From NCBI RefSeq assembly GCF_004010195.1, contig NC_057753.1, positions 7,741,304-7,803,303 of the forward strand: DNA of 62,000 nt. Direction: 5' to 3'. The notes beneath the pieces were generated by a model that saw only the letters and a program-made list of their open reading frames with translations, ran no database searches and was not told where the DNA came from. The position numbers and the translations under genes were made by a program. Positions 12,831-25,085 of this stretch are shown here, one piece after another (the first letter of the stretch is position 1; every line of letters begins with the position of its first letter). The stretch comes from Chiloscyllium plagiosum (lineage: Eukaryota).

Positions 12831-14410
12831 TGAAGATGTTGTCCCTTTGACAATGTTATGTTCTCCTTGTTTTTTTCAAGAGTTGTAAAAGGTAGAGTTT
12901 CTGATTTGCGGGGAATACCCAACAGATGCAGCGTCAATCATCAAACAGGGGAAGCCTTTATGTTTTTTTTTTCTTTGAAGCAGTTGTTAAATGAAAGCGG
13001 AGTCATCACTTTTCCCAGTTCAGGACTTTTTCGAGCTTTCTTTAGTTTTAGCTAGTGACCAAGAGAAACAGGTAAAGTGTAAAGAGGTTCTATGCTTCAG
13101 CAAATGATCCCTGGTTCATTCTCATTGCCATCTCACTCCTGAAAGAACCTCTGTTTGAATTTACCCTTTTTGCCAAGCTGTGTCTTTGTAGCGACTTTGC
13201 CGGAAATTGGCACAGCTCCTTTGTTAATTTGTGGTGAGGTCGTGTTGAGTTTTCAAATGCAGGGCAACCTCGATTATCCAAACATTCAATCATTCAACAA
13301 CAATACTTCTGCTCGTACTATTCAGATAATGTGTAGCTGTTTTTCTAAATTATGTTTTATTTTGCTTGTTCTTCATTCTGTGGTGTTAACTGATCGACCT
13401 TTTTTATTGCTCCTCTTTGTTTCTCATTACCTTTTTCACATCAGTCCAAGAACTTCGGCAAAGCTGATAGTTTTGACCTTCCTGTTATACTATAGTCATA
13501 ATCACACATTTTCTTTTATATTGTTACTTTTTACCTCGACCCGCATCTAGGAATTCTTGATTTGTTTGTATCATCTTTTCCATTGCAGGTAGAATACCTC
13601 CCACGAGCCAAACTAACAGCTGTTTGAGGGATTCATTGTTCAGTTCGCGTTTTACATACCGACCTCTGCTGGTGTTGGAAATGATACTGTTGTTCAAACT
13701 CCTGTCAAATGAGAATATGATCAATTCTACCTCGATCATGTACAACGAATCCAATCAATTTTAGATGGGCTTTTCAACATTGAATGTAACTGAGAAACTG
13801 AAAGAAAGCGCTATAATTTTACATTGAAACAGTGAACGCTTGCAGTTCTCTTTGTAAATGTTTTGGAACCGAGCTCTATTGGAGTTGAAATGTTAACCCC
13901 GTTTTTTGTCTCCAATGCCGGGGAAAGCCAACAGGTTTGACAGCATTTTCTGTGTTTGGAATTTCCAGGAACCGCATTATTCAATTTTGATCATGCTAAG
14001 TATAACTGTGTCAAACAGAAGTGAAATTATCATACTTCCACCTAAAATTAATGAGCTATACTTAATCGCATTAAAATGTATGTGGACAAGCTGAATTTAA
14101 CCAGGACTCTTGACGTTCAGAGGCACTTAATTAAAATTTAAACAGAACCAAGGCAACATATCAGCAAGCACACAGAATCAAACTATGCTGAACGCATGTA
14201 ATTTTCCGACTGCATACAAAGGAAGTCGGCACTCAACGTAAGCATGCCGAAATTTAAGTATTTTGAAATGACCATCCTGGAAATGAAAAGGGCAGCCCAC
14301 TCTAAATGGAATGATGCACACAAAACAACGAAAATAACTGCAATAAAGTGAAACTGCATTTAACTAACACAGACGCAAGTTGGGTTAAATAAAAAGAGAT
14401 TTGAAACCAT

Positions 14411-15030
14411 TGTTATGTACCAGGTCAGACTCCCTCGAAACATTTCAAGAAGATAGCCCCATACGTAACATTTTTTTACCTTAAGTACAGCAGCTGGTAA
14501 AAAAAACTCAGCTTTAAGCAACATTGAATTTATTTAAGTACTACGAATGAAACAAGAACGAAAGAAAACAGAATTTAGAAGAAGATAAATTATTTGATAA
14601 CCCAGCTAACACAATTTTACAGCTCAAGGAAGCAGTTCTAATTCCCGCAACATCACCGAAACAACCCGCTTGTCAAAAGATAAATTCAAGCACAGTTTCC
14701 TATAGGAGAAATTACAGAGAGAAAGTTCAGGCAAGAGTACTGTGGAACATGGAACCTCTTTGCTCTGAAGCTGCTTCCCTGTGTCCCCAGCCGTTTTTGA
14801 CATCTTACTAAAACTCAACCAAGCTGGAAAAAAACACGTGAACTGTGAGAACTGGTCTCTCCCCTTGCACTGCACAGCTGTTTTAAAAAGAAATGAAAGG
14901 GCTCATCTGCTTGTTCACTAAGCCAGCATCTGAGTGCCACTTCGAGACATATAAGCACCTCAGTCGTTAGGGACACTCTGGGGGTAAAAACGCAAGGAAA
15001 CCCTAATCTTGTGAAGGGGGCAGCATCACT
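14411..15030 (-). mobile_element. Solo LTR (Gmr1-like family) just upstream of receptor gene 1
   Basis: TGTTATGTACCAGGTCAGACTCCCTCG...GGGGCAGCATCAC, homologous to 9886-10480 and to the reverse complement of 38760-39341. Confidence 0.65.
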
Positions 15031-15186
15031 ATACTAATGCTATGCTGTGTGGATACTTGCTTTCACAAAAAGATTCAGGTCACAAGGAAGAAGTGCCATT
15101 CCATTGCAACATAAGCAATAGCTGTGTGGTAGCTCCACTAATCTGTTCGTTCCATAGATTTGATTCATGCCACAGATCATAGCATC

Positions 15187-15222
15187 TAATTAACTCCCTG
15201 GAGCCGCTTCACAATGTATAAA
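15187..15222 (+). promoter_or_regulatory. Putative core promoter of receptor gene 1 (TAATTA, CTCCCTGGAG O/E-like site, TATAAA)
   Basis: TAATTA at 15187-15192, CTCCCTGGAG at 15194-15203 and TATAAA at 15217-15222. The arrangement is conserved upstream of gene 2. Confidence 0.55.
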
Positions 15223-15274
15223 TTAGACAACATTTTCAATGAAATGCAGATCGTAGTCAGAATTTCTGATAGAA

Positions 15275-15344
15275 ATGCATGGAATACCAAGTGGACTGGT
15301 GTTTGCGATTTATTATCCCGTCCTTGCAGTGGTCGGAGTTCCAG
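15275..15344 (+). CDS. GPR139-like class A GPCR gene 1, exon 1
   Basis: 70 nt encoding MHGIPSGLVFAIYYPVLAVVGVP(A), ending CCAG|GTAATG (phase 1). Joins in frame to exon 2. Confidence 0.88.
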
Positions 15345-15742
15345 GTAATGTTCCGTCATTACTCAAAGCAGGAAATTTTGGTCAACTCCATTTTCTTTCC
15401 TTACTTCAGTTGCATTTTTTGATGATGCATTTATTGGTCCCATATTTGTTTTGATTGTAATCAATTGCTTAATCTTTAATGTTTGCTCTCGAACAATAAT
15501 CTTCAATTTCTTCATTATTGATCTACCTAATTTCAAATATAGATCCATATTTTACATGCAGAGTCAGTTGTCGTAGCTTAATGCATAATTTCCAACTAAC
15601 AATCACATTGCAATTTTCTAAAATTTACACAAATATAGTAAAACGTTTAATTGTTTTATAAATGGAAACTATGTACAAAAATGTCTGAAGTAGTTATTTA
15701 TTATTATGTCGCTGACTCATTCCATCTCACACATTATTTCAG

Positions 15743-16662
15743 CTAACTTGGCAGTGATTGCAATCCTTTCCCGAAGAAGCTGTGGTCTCTCCAGATGTAT
15801 CACTTGTTACCTTGTCGCTATGGCGGTTACCGATTTTTTAGCCATTGTTATGACTGTGATATTGAACAGAATTGCTGGGATTTATTTCCCAAGCAGTTTC
15901 CTTTTTATTACTCCTATATGCAGTGTACGTTCTGTCTTAAGTTTTGCAGCCATAGACAGCTCTGCCTGGTTAACGGTTGCCTTCACCTTTGATCGATATG
16001 TGGCTATTTGCTGCCAAAAACTGAAAATAAAATATTGTACTGTGAAAACGGCAGCCAGGGTAATCACAATAGTGTCCATACTCTCCTGTATAAAAGATAT
16101 CTTTATGTACTTTATATATGAACCCAAGTACATAATTGGCAATATACCCTGGTACTGCAGCATAAAATTAGAATTTTATACCTTACCTGCATGGGTTGCA
16201 TATGATCTAATTCGTTGTATTTCAACCCCTTATCTTCCATTCATTATGATGTTACTGCTCAATGCTCTGACTGTCAGGCACATTCTAGCAGCCAATCGAT
16301 CCCGCAGGAGACTTCGAGCCCATGGCACTGGAGAGAATCAGAGTGACCCAGAGATGGAGAAGAGAAGAAAGTCAATTGTGTTACTCTTTGCCGTTTCAGG
16401 TAGTTTCATCATGTTATATTTTTTATACTTCATAATGGCTCTGTACGTTCGAATTGCAAAGGGTACTTACTTTTCAGGTACTTTTTCCGAGGAATCAACA
16501 TTTATATTTGAGGAAACCGGGTATATGCTTCAGTTTTTGAGTTCCTGCATAAATCCATTTATTTATGCAGGGACTCAACGTAAAGTGAGAGCTGAATTAA
16601 AGAATGGGGTGAAATATCCACTCAATCTATTGTCTAAATTATTTGAAATTTGCAAAATGTGA
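15743..16662 (+). CDS. GPR139-like class A GPCR gene 1, exon 2 (spliced product 329 aa)
   Basis: Acceptor TTTCAG|CT AAC. Seven-TM motifs: PAN (TM1), YLVAMAVTD (TM2), SAWLTVAFTFDRYVAIC (TM3), LLLNALTV (TM5), RRKSIVLLF (TM6), SSCINPFIY (TM7). The ORF is intact. Confidence 0.93.
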
Positions 16663-19600
16663 GAATGTTCTTTAGAACTTCCTCAGAGAGCAAATTTACC
16701 TCTTTAGCTCTATTTCACATACGATCGCATTCCAAGGAGCACTCACTTTTAGCTATATTCTTAATTTTGCAAACAAGGAATATATAAATACTACTACATC
16801 AGCACAGAATTTACATGCATGAATGACTTTCCGTCATTCTATTGTTCTCCAATCCATGCTCACTCAGACTGATCCAACTTCTCAATGCTTTAGTATGTTG
16901 GAGTCATCAGGTCGTATGTCATTGAGGGAATGGATAATTTATTTGTTCAGGTCATAGAATATATACATTGATGCTTAGCTAAAATCGACTGTTCATTCTT
17001 AACTTACTTTCTCACACTGGAACGGTAGACAGGTTCTGGCATCAAACGAAACATTGTCCATGACTAACTGTCATAGTTTCTTCAAAGTTTGTCAGATTTT
17101 TACATAACTTACTCTGCGGCATCTGCACACATCGCCTTTGTGTGAAGCAAAGAGTAAGGTGATCAGCTGGATGGTAGGGATTTTCCAACACTTCCAGAGT
17201 CTTCATGTAATAATTCACTGAAACCGCCATTGGCTGAACCAGTTCTTCAAGCTCATCTGTCGTGCTCACCATGTTGTGTGTATGTCAGTCGTTCATACTC
17301 ACGATTTATCTGTCATGCCTCTTTTTTCACTCACCTCAGTCTTTTTAGGTTTCATCTCAAACATGCTGTAGCCCTCTAGTGGTTCTCTTTTACTGAGACC
17401 TTGGTATATAACCTAAGTCTTTTTTTTTTAACCTTTCACAAGTCATGTATATCGTTTGCTCGCCACCATTCTCAGGGTTTTTTGGCCAACCCTTTACCTT
17501 AAGTGAATATGTTGGCCCTGTGCACCAGCTATTGACTTCCAGAGGGACTCTGACTGCTCTGAAAAATAGTTGCATAAAAGTAGCTTTGGTCAAGTAATAT
17601 ATGATTTCATTAAATTTTCCCTTCCTTCAGTTTATGATTCTTACGTCATTTTTATACTTGGACATTGCCGAAACAACCTTGAAACTAACGAAATTATGAT
17701 CACTATCGATAAAATGGCGCCTTCCCCAACCGATATTTCAACAAATTCCTCCACTCATTGCGCAAAATTCAATGCAGGACCATACATTTTTTCCTTGCAT
17801 TGCCTTCTCGGTAGTTGCTTTAAAAATCTCCTGGAAAAATTTCGTCCTCTAAAACTTTTACAGTGTGACAACCCCTTTTAATGTTGGGCAATTGAAAACC
17901 CAACTTCCAACAGACTATTACTATCGCTGTTCAGTGACATTTTCCCACATAACTGAACTTCTATTTCTTTCAGACTGTAAAGAGGTTCACAGTGCACTAT
18001 TGCCAGTCTGATTTCCCCTGTTTGATTGTTATCTTTTTACCAATATAGCTTAATTTTGAGGAAGTTGTGATTATGCCATACCGTTTTAATTCTGCACTTG
18101 ATTATCAGATCTGTATTGCAACACCATGTCCATTTTCCCTTGTTCCCTGTCTGGCTAAATACCCTACATCGTGGATAATTAAGCTGCACATTCTGCCAAT
18201 ATATCAACAATGCCTCAGTGATGGCAGCTACCTCACGCCTCGGTGTTCTAATTTCTATCATCAATGCATACTTTGTTTACTTTGTGACCTCAATGTCCAT
18301 CAATGTTTTAACTTATATTCTCAATTCAACGCCCTACTGCAGCAGAGGCCTATGCTACAGGTGCTCTGTTCTGTTCATGTGGAAATTATTGGAAATTTGC
18401 TTTAAAAGTATGTTTTCTTCCTCAAGATTCGGGTTTTAAACCAACATTTCTGTTTACTAAAATACAAAAAATAAAAGAAACGGCCTATTGCTACCTTTCC
18501 ACGCTTTATAAGTCTTTTGCTTTTGAACGATGGGGAGTCTACTGGCTTCTTTTGTTATCCATAGGCAACTTAACATTCTAATTCATTCCTTAATTTTGAA
18601 CGGAATTAAGCTTCACTGGACATTTTGAAACTTTTACTTAAATGTCTGGATTGCTCATTAACGATTTTCTACTCTTAACTGATACCTGTCAACTGCAAGA
18701 CCAGTCCCTCCACAGGCATGGTGGTTTCTGTGCCTAACATGCCTTTCCCCTTGTGTTTTAGCGCTCTTCTTCTGCAAGTAAATATATTTTAAAAATTGAA
18801 CGCCCATCCGTAATGTAACTTATACCCTTTATTTTGACGTCAGAATATGTTTCTGCTGTTTTGGAAGCATTGTCTGCCTTTGGTTAACTGTATAATACTC
18901 CCTAATGTACTCCATAATGACGCATTGAGGAGCGACCATGCATTTTGCCGAGCAATGTTGACATCCTGGCAACACCTGACTTGACAGCCACTTCATCTGC
19001 GACAGAATTTAAGGTTGAATTTTCAAACTAATGTCTCCCCTGGCCAACAGTTAAGGGTGATTGATCATCCTTCCAAACTGCAGCCGTGTTTACATGTGAG
19101 ACTTGCTCTAATTTCTCATCTCTTCTGTTAATGGTCATTTCTGCTGAGTTTCAAAACCAAAAGTTCCCTTGATTCTTCCAGTGAAAGCAACTATCCTGCA
19201 ATCTGGAATTTATCCAGGCAGGTGTTTCTGGGACTAGGCAGAATCCCGTTCCTGCCTTATGTCATGGTACAAAAATTGTTTGCATCTTCCAGCACACTAA
19301 TTTGCAAGCAATGGTGTAACTCTGCAATGTTAGTTGCAGCCATGCCTTCATTGTTACTGTTACAACCTGGCGACCTCTAGTGGACCAGATCCCCAATCCT
19401 TCCGTCTAATTAAATGGGCTTGTGTTGATAATATTTCCAAAATCTGGATGATGGAGGTCCCAACAGGAACGTAAAGGGTGGAGAGGTCCCCACTGGTAAA
19501 CGTCGACAATTAGTTCTCAGCATGGAAAGGCAATGCTGACTTGTGTGCACACTGCATTTGATTGTCAGTGATGCAGAACAAAAAATCTTCTGAAGGTATT

Positions 19601-20538
19601 CACAAAACACCTGTACTGCTGATCAAAATTTTTTTGAAAAGAGCATCCAGTCATTCATGTGATATGTATAATCAATTCACCCAGCCTTTGATTCCGACTT
19701 TGGGAATGAGCAATCCACAAAGAAAAGTAGCTAATGGGAAATATATCTGACCACATTTGGGCAATTCATTGAAGGCTGATCTTTCCCACTAAATCAGTCA
19801 CAAAAGAGTTTCCATCTCTAAACCTGCATACAGGTCAAATCACATAGTTTGGCAGCCATCCGCCTTTTCTTCATGCAGAACTGTCTTGAGATGTTCCTAT
19901 AGTAAGTTATACCATGAACGCTGCTGCATCATGGAAGAAATTTTCAGAAGACAGGCCCTTGCAGAAAGGGAGAATTAACATTCCAATTCATTCTTGCCTT
20001 ATACGGGCCAATCAGATAAGCTTTGATACTCATGACTCGAGTCTGTGCACGGTTCAACGAGCAGTCATGAATGATCGAGCTTGTTTGCACATGGCTTTGA
20101 GACAGGTGGAATTCATGCTCTCCTAATTAATGAGAACCACGTCTAGGGTCAAGTCAAAAAATTGTATGGGAATGAAAACAAAATACTGCAGATACTGAAA
20201 ACCGAAACAAATTGAATACACATGAAACTGAATTGATATGACAACAGACCATAGACAATAGGTGCAGGACTAGGCCATTTTGAAGTTATATTTCAGTTCA
20301 GTATGATGCTTCCGCAGTTAAATTTTGGTCTTCAACGCCCCTTATCCATTTATGCAGATTCCAGGGTAACGTGTGGAGCATGAGGTTCAATTCAGTTAGT
20401 GTTATAATTTTCTTGACTTTGCACATGTGAGAGAGAACTATATCCATATCAGAAATATCACGCTTGACGTGTGTCTGTCAGAAGTGTTTCACAGTCATAA
20501 AGATATACAGCATGAAAACAGATCCTTTAGTTTAAACG

Positions 20539-20767
20539 AGGAGAAAGTGAGGACTGCAGATGCTGGATATCAGATTCGAGATTCTGTTGCTGGGCACGTA
20601 CAGCAGGTCAGGTAGCATCAGAGGAGCAGAAGAATCGATGATTCATGCATGAGCCCTTCATCAGAAATGAGCCATTCCTGATGAAGGTTTATGCCCGAAA
20701 CGTTGATTCGTCTGGTCCTTGAATGCTGCCTGACTTACGGTGCTTTCCCAGCAACACACTCTCGACT
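20539..20767. mobile_element. Older PLE-derived fold-back mini-element with two degenerate hammerheads
   Basis: GGAGAAAGTGAGGACTGCAGATGCTGG tail, a reverse hammerhead (...GAGCCCTTCATCAGAAAT ~20632-20668), a forward hammerhead (ATTCCTGATGAAGGTTTATGCCCGAAACGTTGATTC ~20674-20709) and a mirrored arm. Confidence 0.8.
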
Positions 20768-20774
20768 TAACTTC

Positions 20775-21660
20775 AAACTTTCCACATAGACCAAATACCC
20801 TATTCTAATCTTGTTCGATTTGCCAAATATCACCCAACCCCATATGAACCCTTCATAATCCTATCCCTATGGCCATCTCAATGCCTTTTATATATTACAA
20901 TTGTACTACCTCCACAACTTGCAATGGCAGTTAGTTCCATAAACGCACGACCCTCAAGTCAATTTGTAATATTTCCCGTCATTTTCAAACTATGCATTTT
21001 AGTTTTTGACTCTGCTACCATGAGGAAAAGACTGTGCCTGTTCGCATTATCCAGGACCCTCATCAATTTATAAACATTTAAATGTGCCACCCTCAGCCTC
21101 CGAAACTCCAGGTGAAATGTATGAACCTACTCAGTCTCTCTCTGCAGCTCAAAACCTCCAATCGCAGCAACGAATTTGTAAAACCTTTACCTGCAGCCTC
21201 TCAATTTTAATAAAGTCTTCTTATAGACCGGCGACTAGAATTTTATGCTTTATTCCAAAATATGGCCAAAACATTCTTGAACGGCTGCAACATGATGCCC
21301 CACATATTTTCTTTTCAATTCACTGACCAATGAAAGAAATTATGATAAACTCATTTTCCACCAGGCTGTTTAAATGCGATGCTTTTTTGAAAGAACTGTC
21401 CATTTCTGCACCTGTAGTTTTCTTTGCTTGGAAACACTTCTCAGCGTCCTGCCATTGACTGTATAAGTTGTGTTCTGATTGGCCTTACCAAATGAAACAC
21501 TTCACATTAATCAAAAATAAACTCCACCCTTTGGCCCATAATGTCCTATTTGGCACAGAGATAAATTTCATCAGTCGTCCATTAATACTCAGATTTTAGC
21601 ATGTCATCTGGAAACTTACAAAGCACGCTTCCTATATTCACATCTAAAGTTATGTATATA
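20775..21660 (-). mobile_element. Old degenerate CR1 LINE 3' region (interrupted by a younger CR1 and continuing at ~23175-23370)
   Basis: Diffuse similarity to the reverse-complemented CR1 C-terminal region. Confidence 0.55.
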
Positions 21661-21661
21661 G

Positions 21662-23173
21662 AGCATAGAATATTACAGCGCAGTACAGGCCCTTCGGCCC
21701 TCGATGTTCCACCGACCTGTTATACCAATCTGAAGCCCATCTAGCCTACACTATTCTATATATGTCCAAATGCTTGTCCAATGACGACTGAAATGTACTT
21801 AAAGTTGGCGAATCTACTACTGTTGCAGACAAAGCATTCCATGCCCTTACTATTCTCTGAGTAAAGAAACTACCTCTGACATCTGTCCTATAGCTATCAC
21901 ACCTCAATTTAAAGCTATGCCCCAACATGCTCGCCGTCACCATTCTTGGAAAAAGGCTCTCCCTGTCCACCCTATCCTCTGATTATCTTATGTGTCTCTA
22001 ATAAGTCATCTATCAACCTTCTTCTCTCTAACAAAAACAGCCTCAAGTCCCTCAGCCTTTCATCGTAAGACCTTCCCTCTATACCAGGCAACATCCTAGT
22101 AAATCTCCTCTGTACCCTTTCCAAAGCTTCCACATCCTTCTTATAATGTGGTGACCAGAACTGTACACAATACTCCAAGTGCGGTCGCACCAGAGATTTG
22201 TACAGCTGTAGTATAACCTCATGGTTCCGGAACTCGATCCCTCTATTAATAAAAGCTAAAACACTATATGCCTTCTTAACAACCATGGCAACCTGGGTGG
22301 CAACTTTCAGGGATCTGTGTACATGGACACCGAGTTCTCTCTGCTCATCGACACTGCCAAGTCCAGTATATCGCATTCCGGTTACTCCGACCAAAGTGTA
22401 TCACCTCAGACTTGTCCGCAGTAAACTCTAGTTGCCACCTTTCAGCCCAGCTCTGCAGCTTATATATGTCTCTCTGTAACCTTCAACATCCTTCGTCACT
22501 ATCCACAATTCCACCGACCTTAGTGTCGTCTGCAAATTTATTAACCCACCCCTCTACGTCCTCATCCAAATCGTTTATAAAAATGATGAACCGCAGTGGA
22601 CCTAACACCCACACTTACGGTATACCACTGGTAACTGGACTCCAGGATGATCATTTCCCATCAATCACTACTCTTTGTCTTCTTTCAACAAGCCAAATAC
22701 TGATCCGAACTGCTATATCTCCTACAATCCCATTCCTCCGCATTTTGTACAAGAGCCTACTATGGGGAACCTTATCGAACGCCTTGCTGAAATCCATATA
22801 CAAAACATCAACCGGTTTACTCTCATCTATCTGTTTGGTCACCTTCTCAAAGAACTCAATAAGGTTTTTGAGGCGTGACCTATCCTTCATAAAACCGTGC
22901 TGACTATCCCTAATCCAATTATTATTTTCTGGAAGATTATAAATCCTATCTCTGATAACCATTTCCAACACTTTACCAACAACTGAAGTAAGGTTCACTG
23001 GTCTATAATTACTACGGTTGTCTCTACTCCCCTTCTTGAAGAGGGGAACCACATTTGCTATCCTCCAGTCTTCTGGCACTCTTCCTGTAGACAATGACGA
23101 TTTAAACATCAATTCCAAAGGATCGGGAATCTCCTCCCTGGTTTCTCAGAGGATCCTCGGATAAATCCCATCC
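21662..23173 (-). mobile_element. CR1 LINE (RT plus 3' end), relatively young
   Basis: ORFs VPEDWRIANVVPLFKKG...QHGF...YMDFSKAFDKVPH, LYKSLVRPHLEYCVQFWSP and FFTQRIVRAWNAL. Same subfamily as 34820-35827. Confidence 0.93.
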
Positions 23174-23639
23174 GTATGTAAATGACAACATTTAGTGGAC
23201 CCTGCAAAGATCCTTATGGCACACCACCGATTACAATCTTCCAGCCTGAAAGAGAACCCTTTGCCAACAATCTCTGTCTCCTACCCTGAAGTCACTCTTT
23301 ATCCAATCGGATCGCTCCCCCGCAGATAATGTGAGTACATCTTGCTGGCCACTCTACCACTCTAACACTTTTCATCAACCAGTCTTTATCACATCTTCAA
23401 CAAAGCTCTATCTTCAAAATAGCATGAAAGAATATGGTGAAGGGAGCTGCTATGCTTCGGGAATTTCCGTACCAGACGGGAAGGACAATATTCAGAGACA
23501 CTCAGTATTTTGCTACTCACCATTTGCCCGCTATCCGTTGGGTAATGCCAGTTCCTTACTTTAGAATGTGCATGACAGTGAGAACTGTCAGCAAAGATTA
23601 TTCAGTACTATCCCACGAGAGATGATAACGATCAGAATT

Positions 23640-25085
23640 ATTCAGACACTTAACATTGGTAAAGACCACCTCCCCATGCTTAATTCAAATCAGCAATACA
23701 GAAAAGTTTTATCGTATGCAGTAACCTGTGAACATTCGAGAGGCCCAGAAATATTTAAACTAAAAAATTAGAATCTTTATTCGTTAAAATATAACAGAGA
23801 ATAAGTAAGTAATAGATAATTTTTAACTCCTTTCTAGAAACTATGTTTTATCTTCCCCTTCTGCAATACTAGCCCAAGAGAAAAAAACGCCAATTAAGAT
23901 TTACCAACAAATTCAATTTTCAAAACCAAACAGGTGTGGAATCTTCTCTTAGTATCTTTTTCTTGAAATTTTATTCTTCTGAGGGATTTCTGTTTCACAG
24001 GTCACTGATCGATGAAGGTACCTTTAAGAGAGCTATTTTCGAGCAGTCTCTACGCGCTGGAGGGGAGGCAGTTCATCTCCGAACTGTTCAATTTCCCCTG
24101 GTCTTCTACGCTCAAAGTGATGGGTTGTATCATTGACCTTTAAGACTCTCAATATGCTAAAGTCAAATGTATAATGTAAACTAATTGGCCGAATTGAAGC
24201 TATTTTTTTGTCTCCAAGCAACCAGCTAACCTAGTTTTCGACCTTATTAAGAACAGTTCGTGCTGTCAGGTAGTTCTTCAAAACTTTAACTTTCTTAAAG
24301 GTACAGTGTATCCACATCTTCATTACACCTCCACCCTTAAGAAAAAAAGAATCATCATAATAAAAAGATGGCTACATGTCTTTTCTATTTTAAACACATC
24401 AAAGGAACACGCAGATAACTTAAATATATGTTCAACTTAACCTCTACCCATGTATACCTGTATGTACATAACGCTAAATACAAACAAATCTCATCTGAAC
24501 TTTGTTAGTTAAATCCGTAACTACATTCCCACGGCCCGCAACACTTATGATTTTTAAACTAAAAACGTAAGACTCTATCAAAATAGTCCCATATTCTTGT
24601 CTGTAAAGCTTTCTAAGAATGCAAGTGGATTGTGATACGTGCACACAACTGCCTCAAAAACACTGTTCATGACATTAACATTAAAATGCTGTCAGAATGG
24701 TACCAAACTCAATAGTTCTTTTTCGATCGTGAAGTAGCTTATTTGGTGGATGCTGACCATCCAAAACTAACCAATTGGCAGTTCCATTCCACAATTATCT
24801 TCCTGTAGGTGTATAGCTCCAACCCCAAAGCCAATAGCATCGATGACGACTTTGAAAGATTTTGGAAATTTGCTGAAGCCAAAACTGGTTTGATGGTTAA
24901 TCTTGATTTCATATGGTCGAATTCCTCCTGGCACAGTTCTGCTCACCGAAACTTTGTGTTCTTCGGAAAATCATTCAACGGTGTCACACCACTTCCGAAG
25001 TATGGAAGCACCTTTTGCTTCAAGGTTGATCGTGAAAGACTTTCGATAGGCTTCATCTTTGCATTTCGTGGGATAACCTTCATGT
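23640..25085 (-). mobile_element. Gypsy-type LTR retrotransposon remnant (RNase H region, PPT, 3' LTR)
   Basis: The minus strand gives FKVVIDA..FGVGA and TIEKELLSLV at ~24700-24860. A PPT-like TAAGGGTGGAGG is followed by TGTAATG (LTR start ~24327). Confidence 0.6.

Noticed and set aside
15706..15742. ORF-track N-terminus MSLTHSISHIIS of gene 1
   Set aside because: Intronic read-through. The real TM1 start is in the 70-nt exon at 15275-15344, with canonical GT-AG.
17330..20170. Faint LINE endonuclease-like and gag-like remnants
   Set aside because: Too degenerate to assign a family or boundaries by eye.
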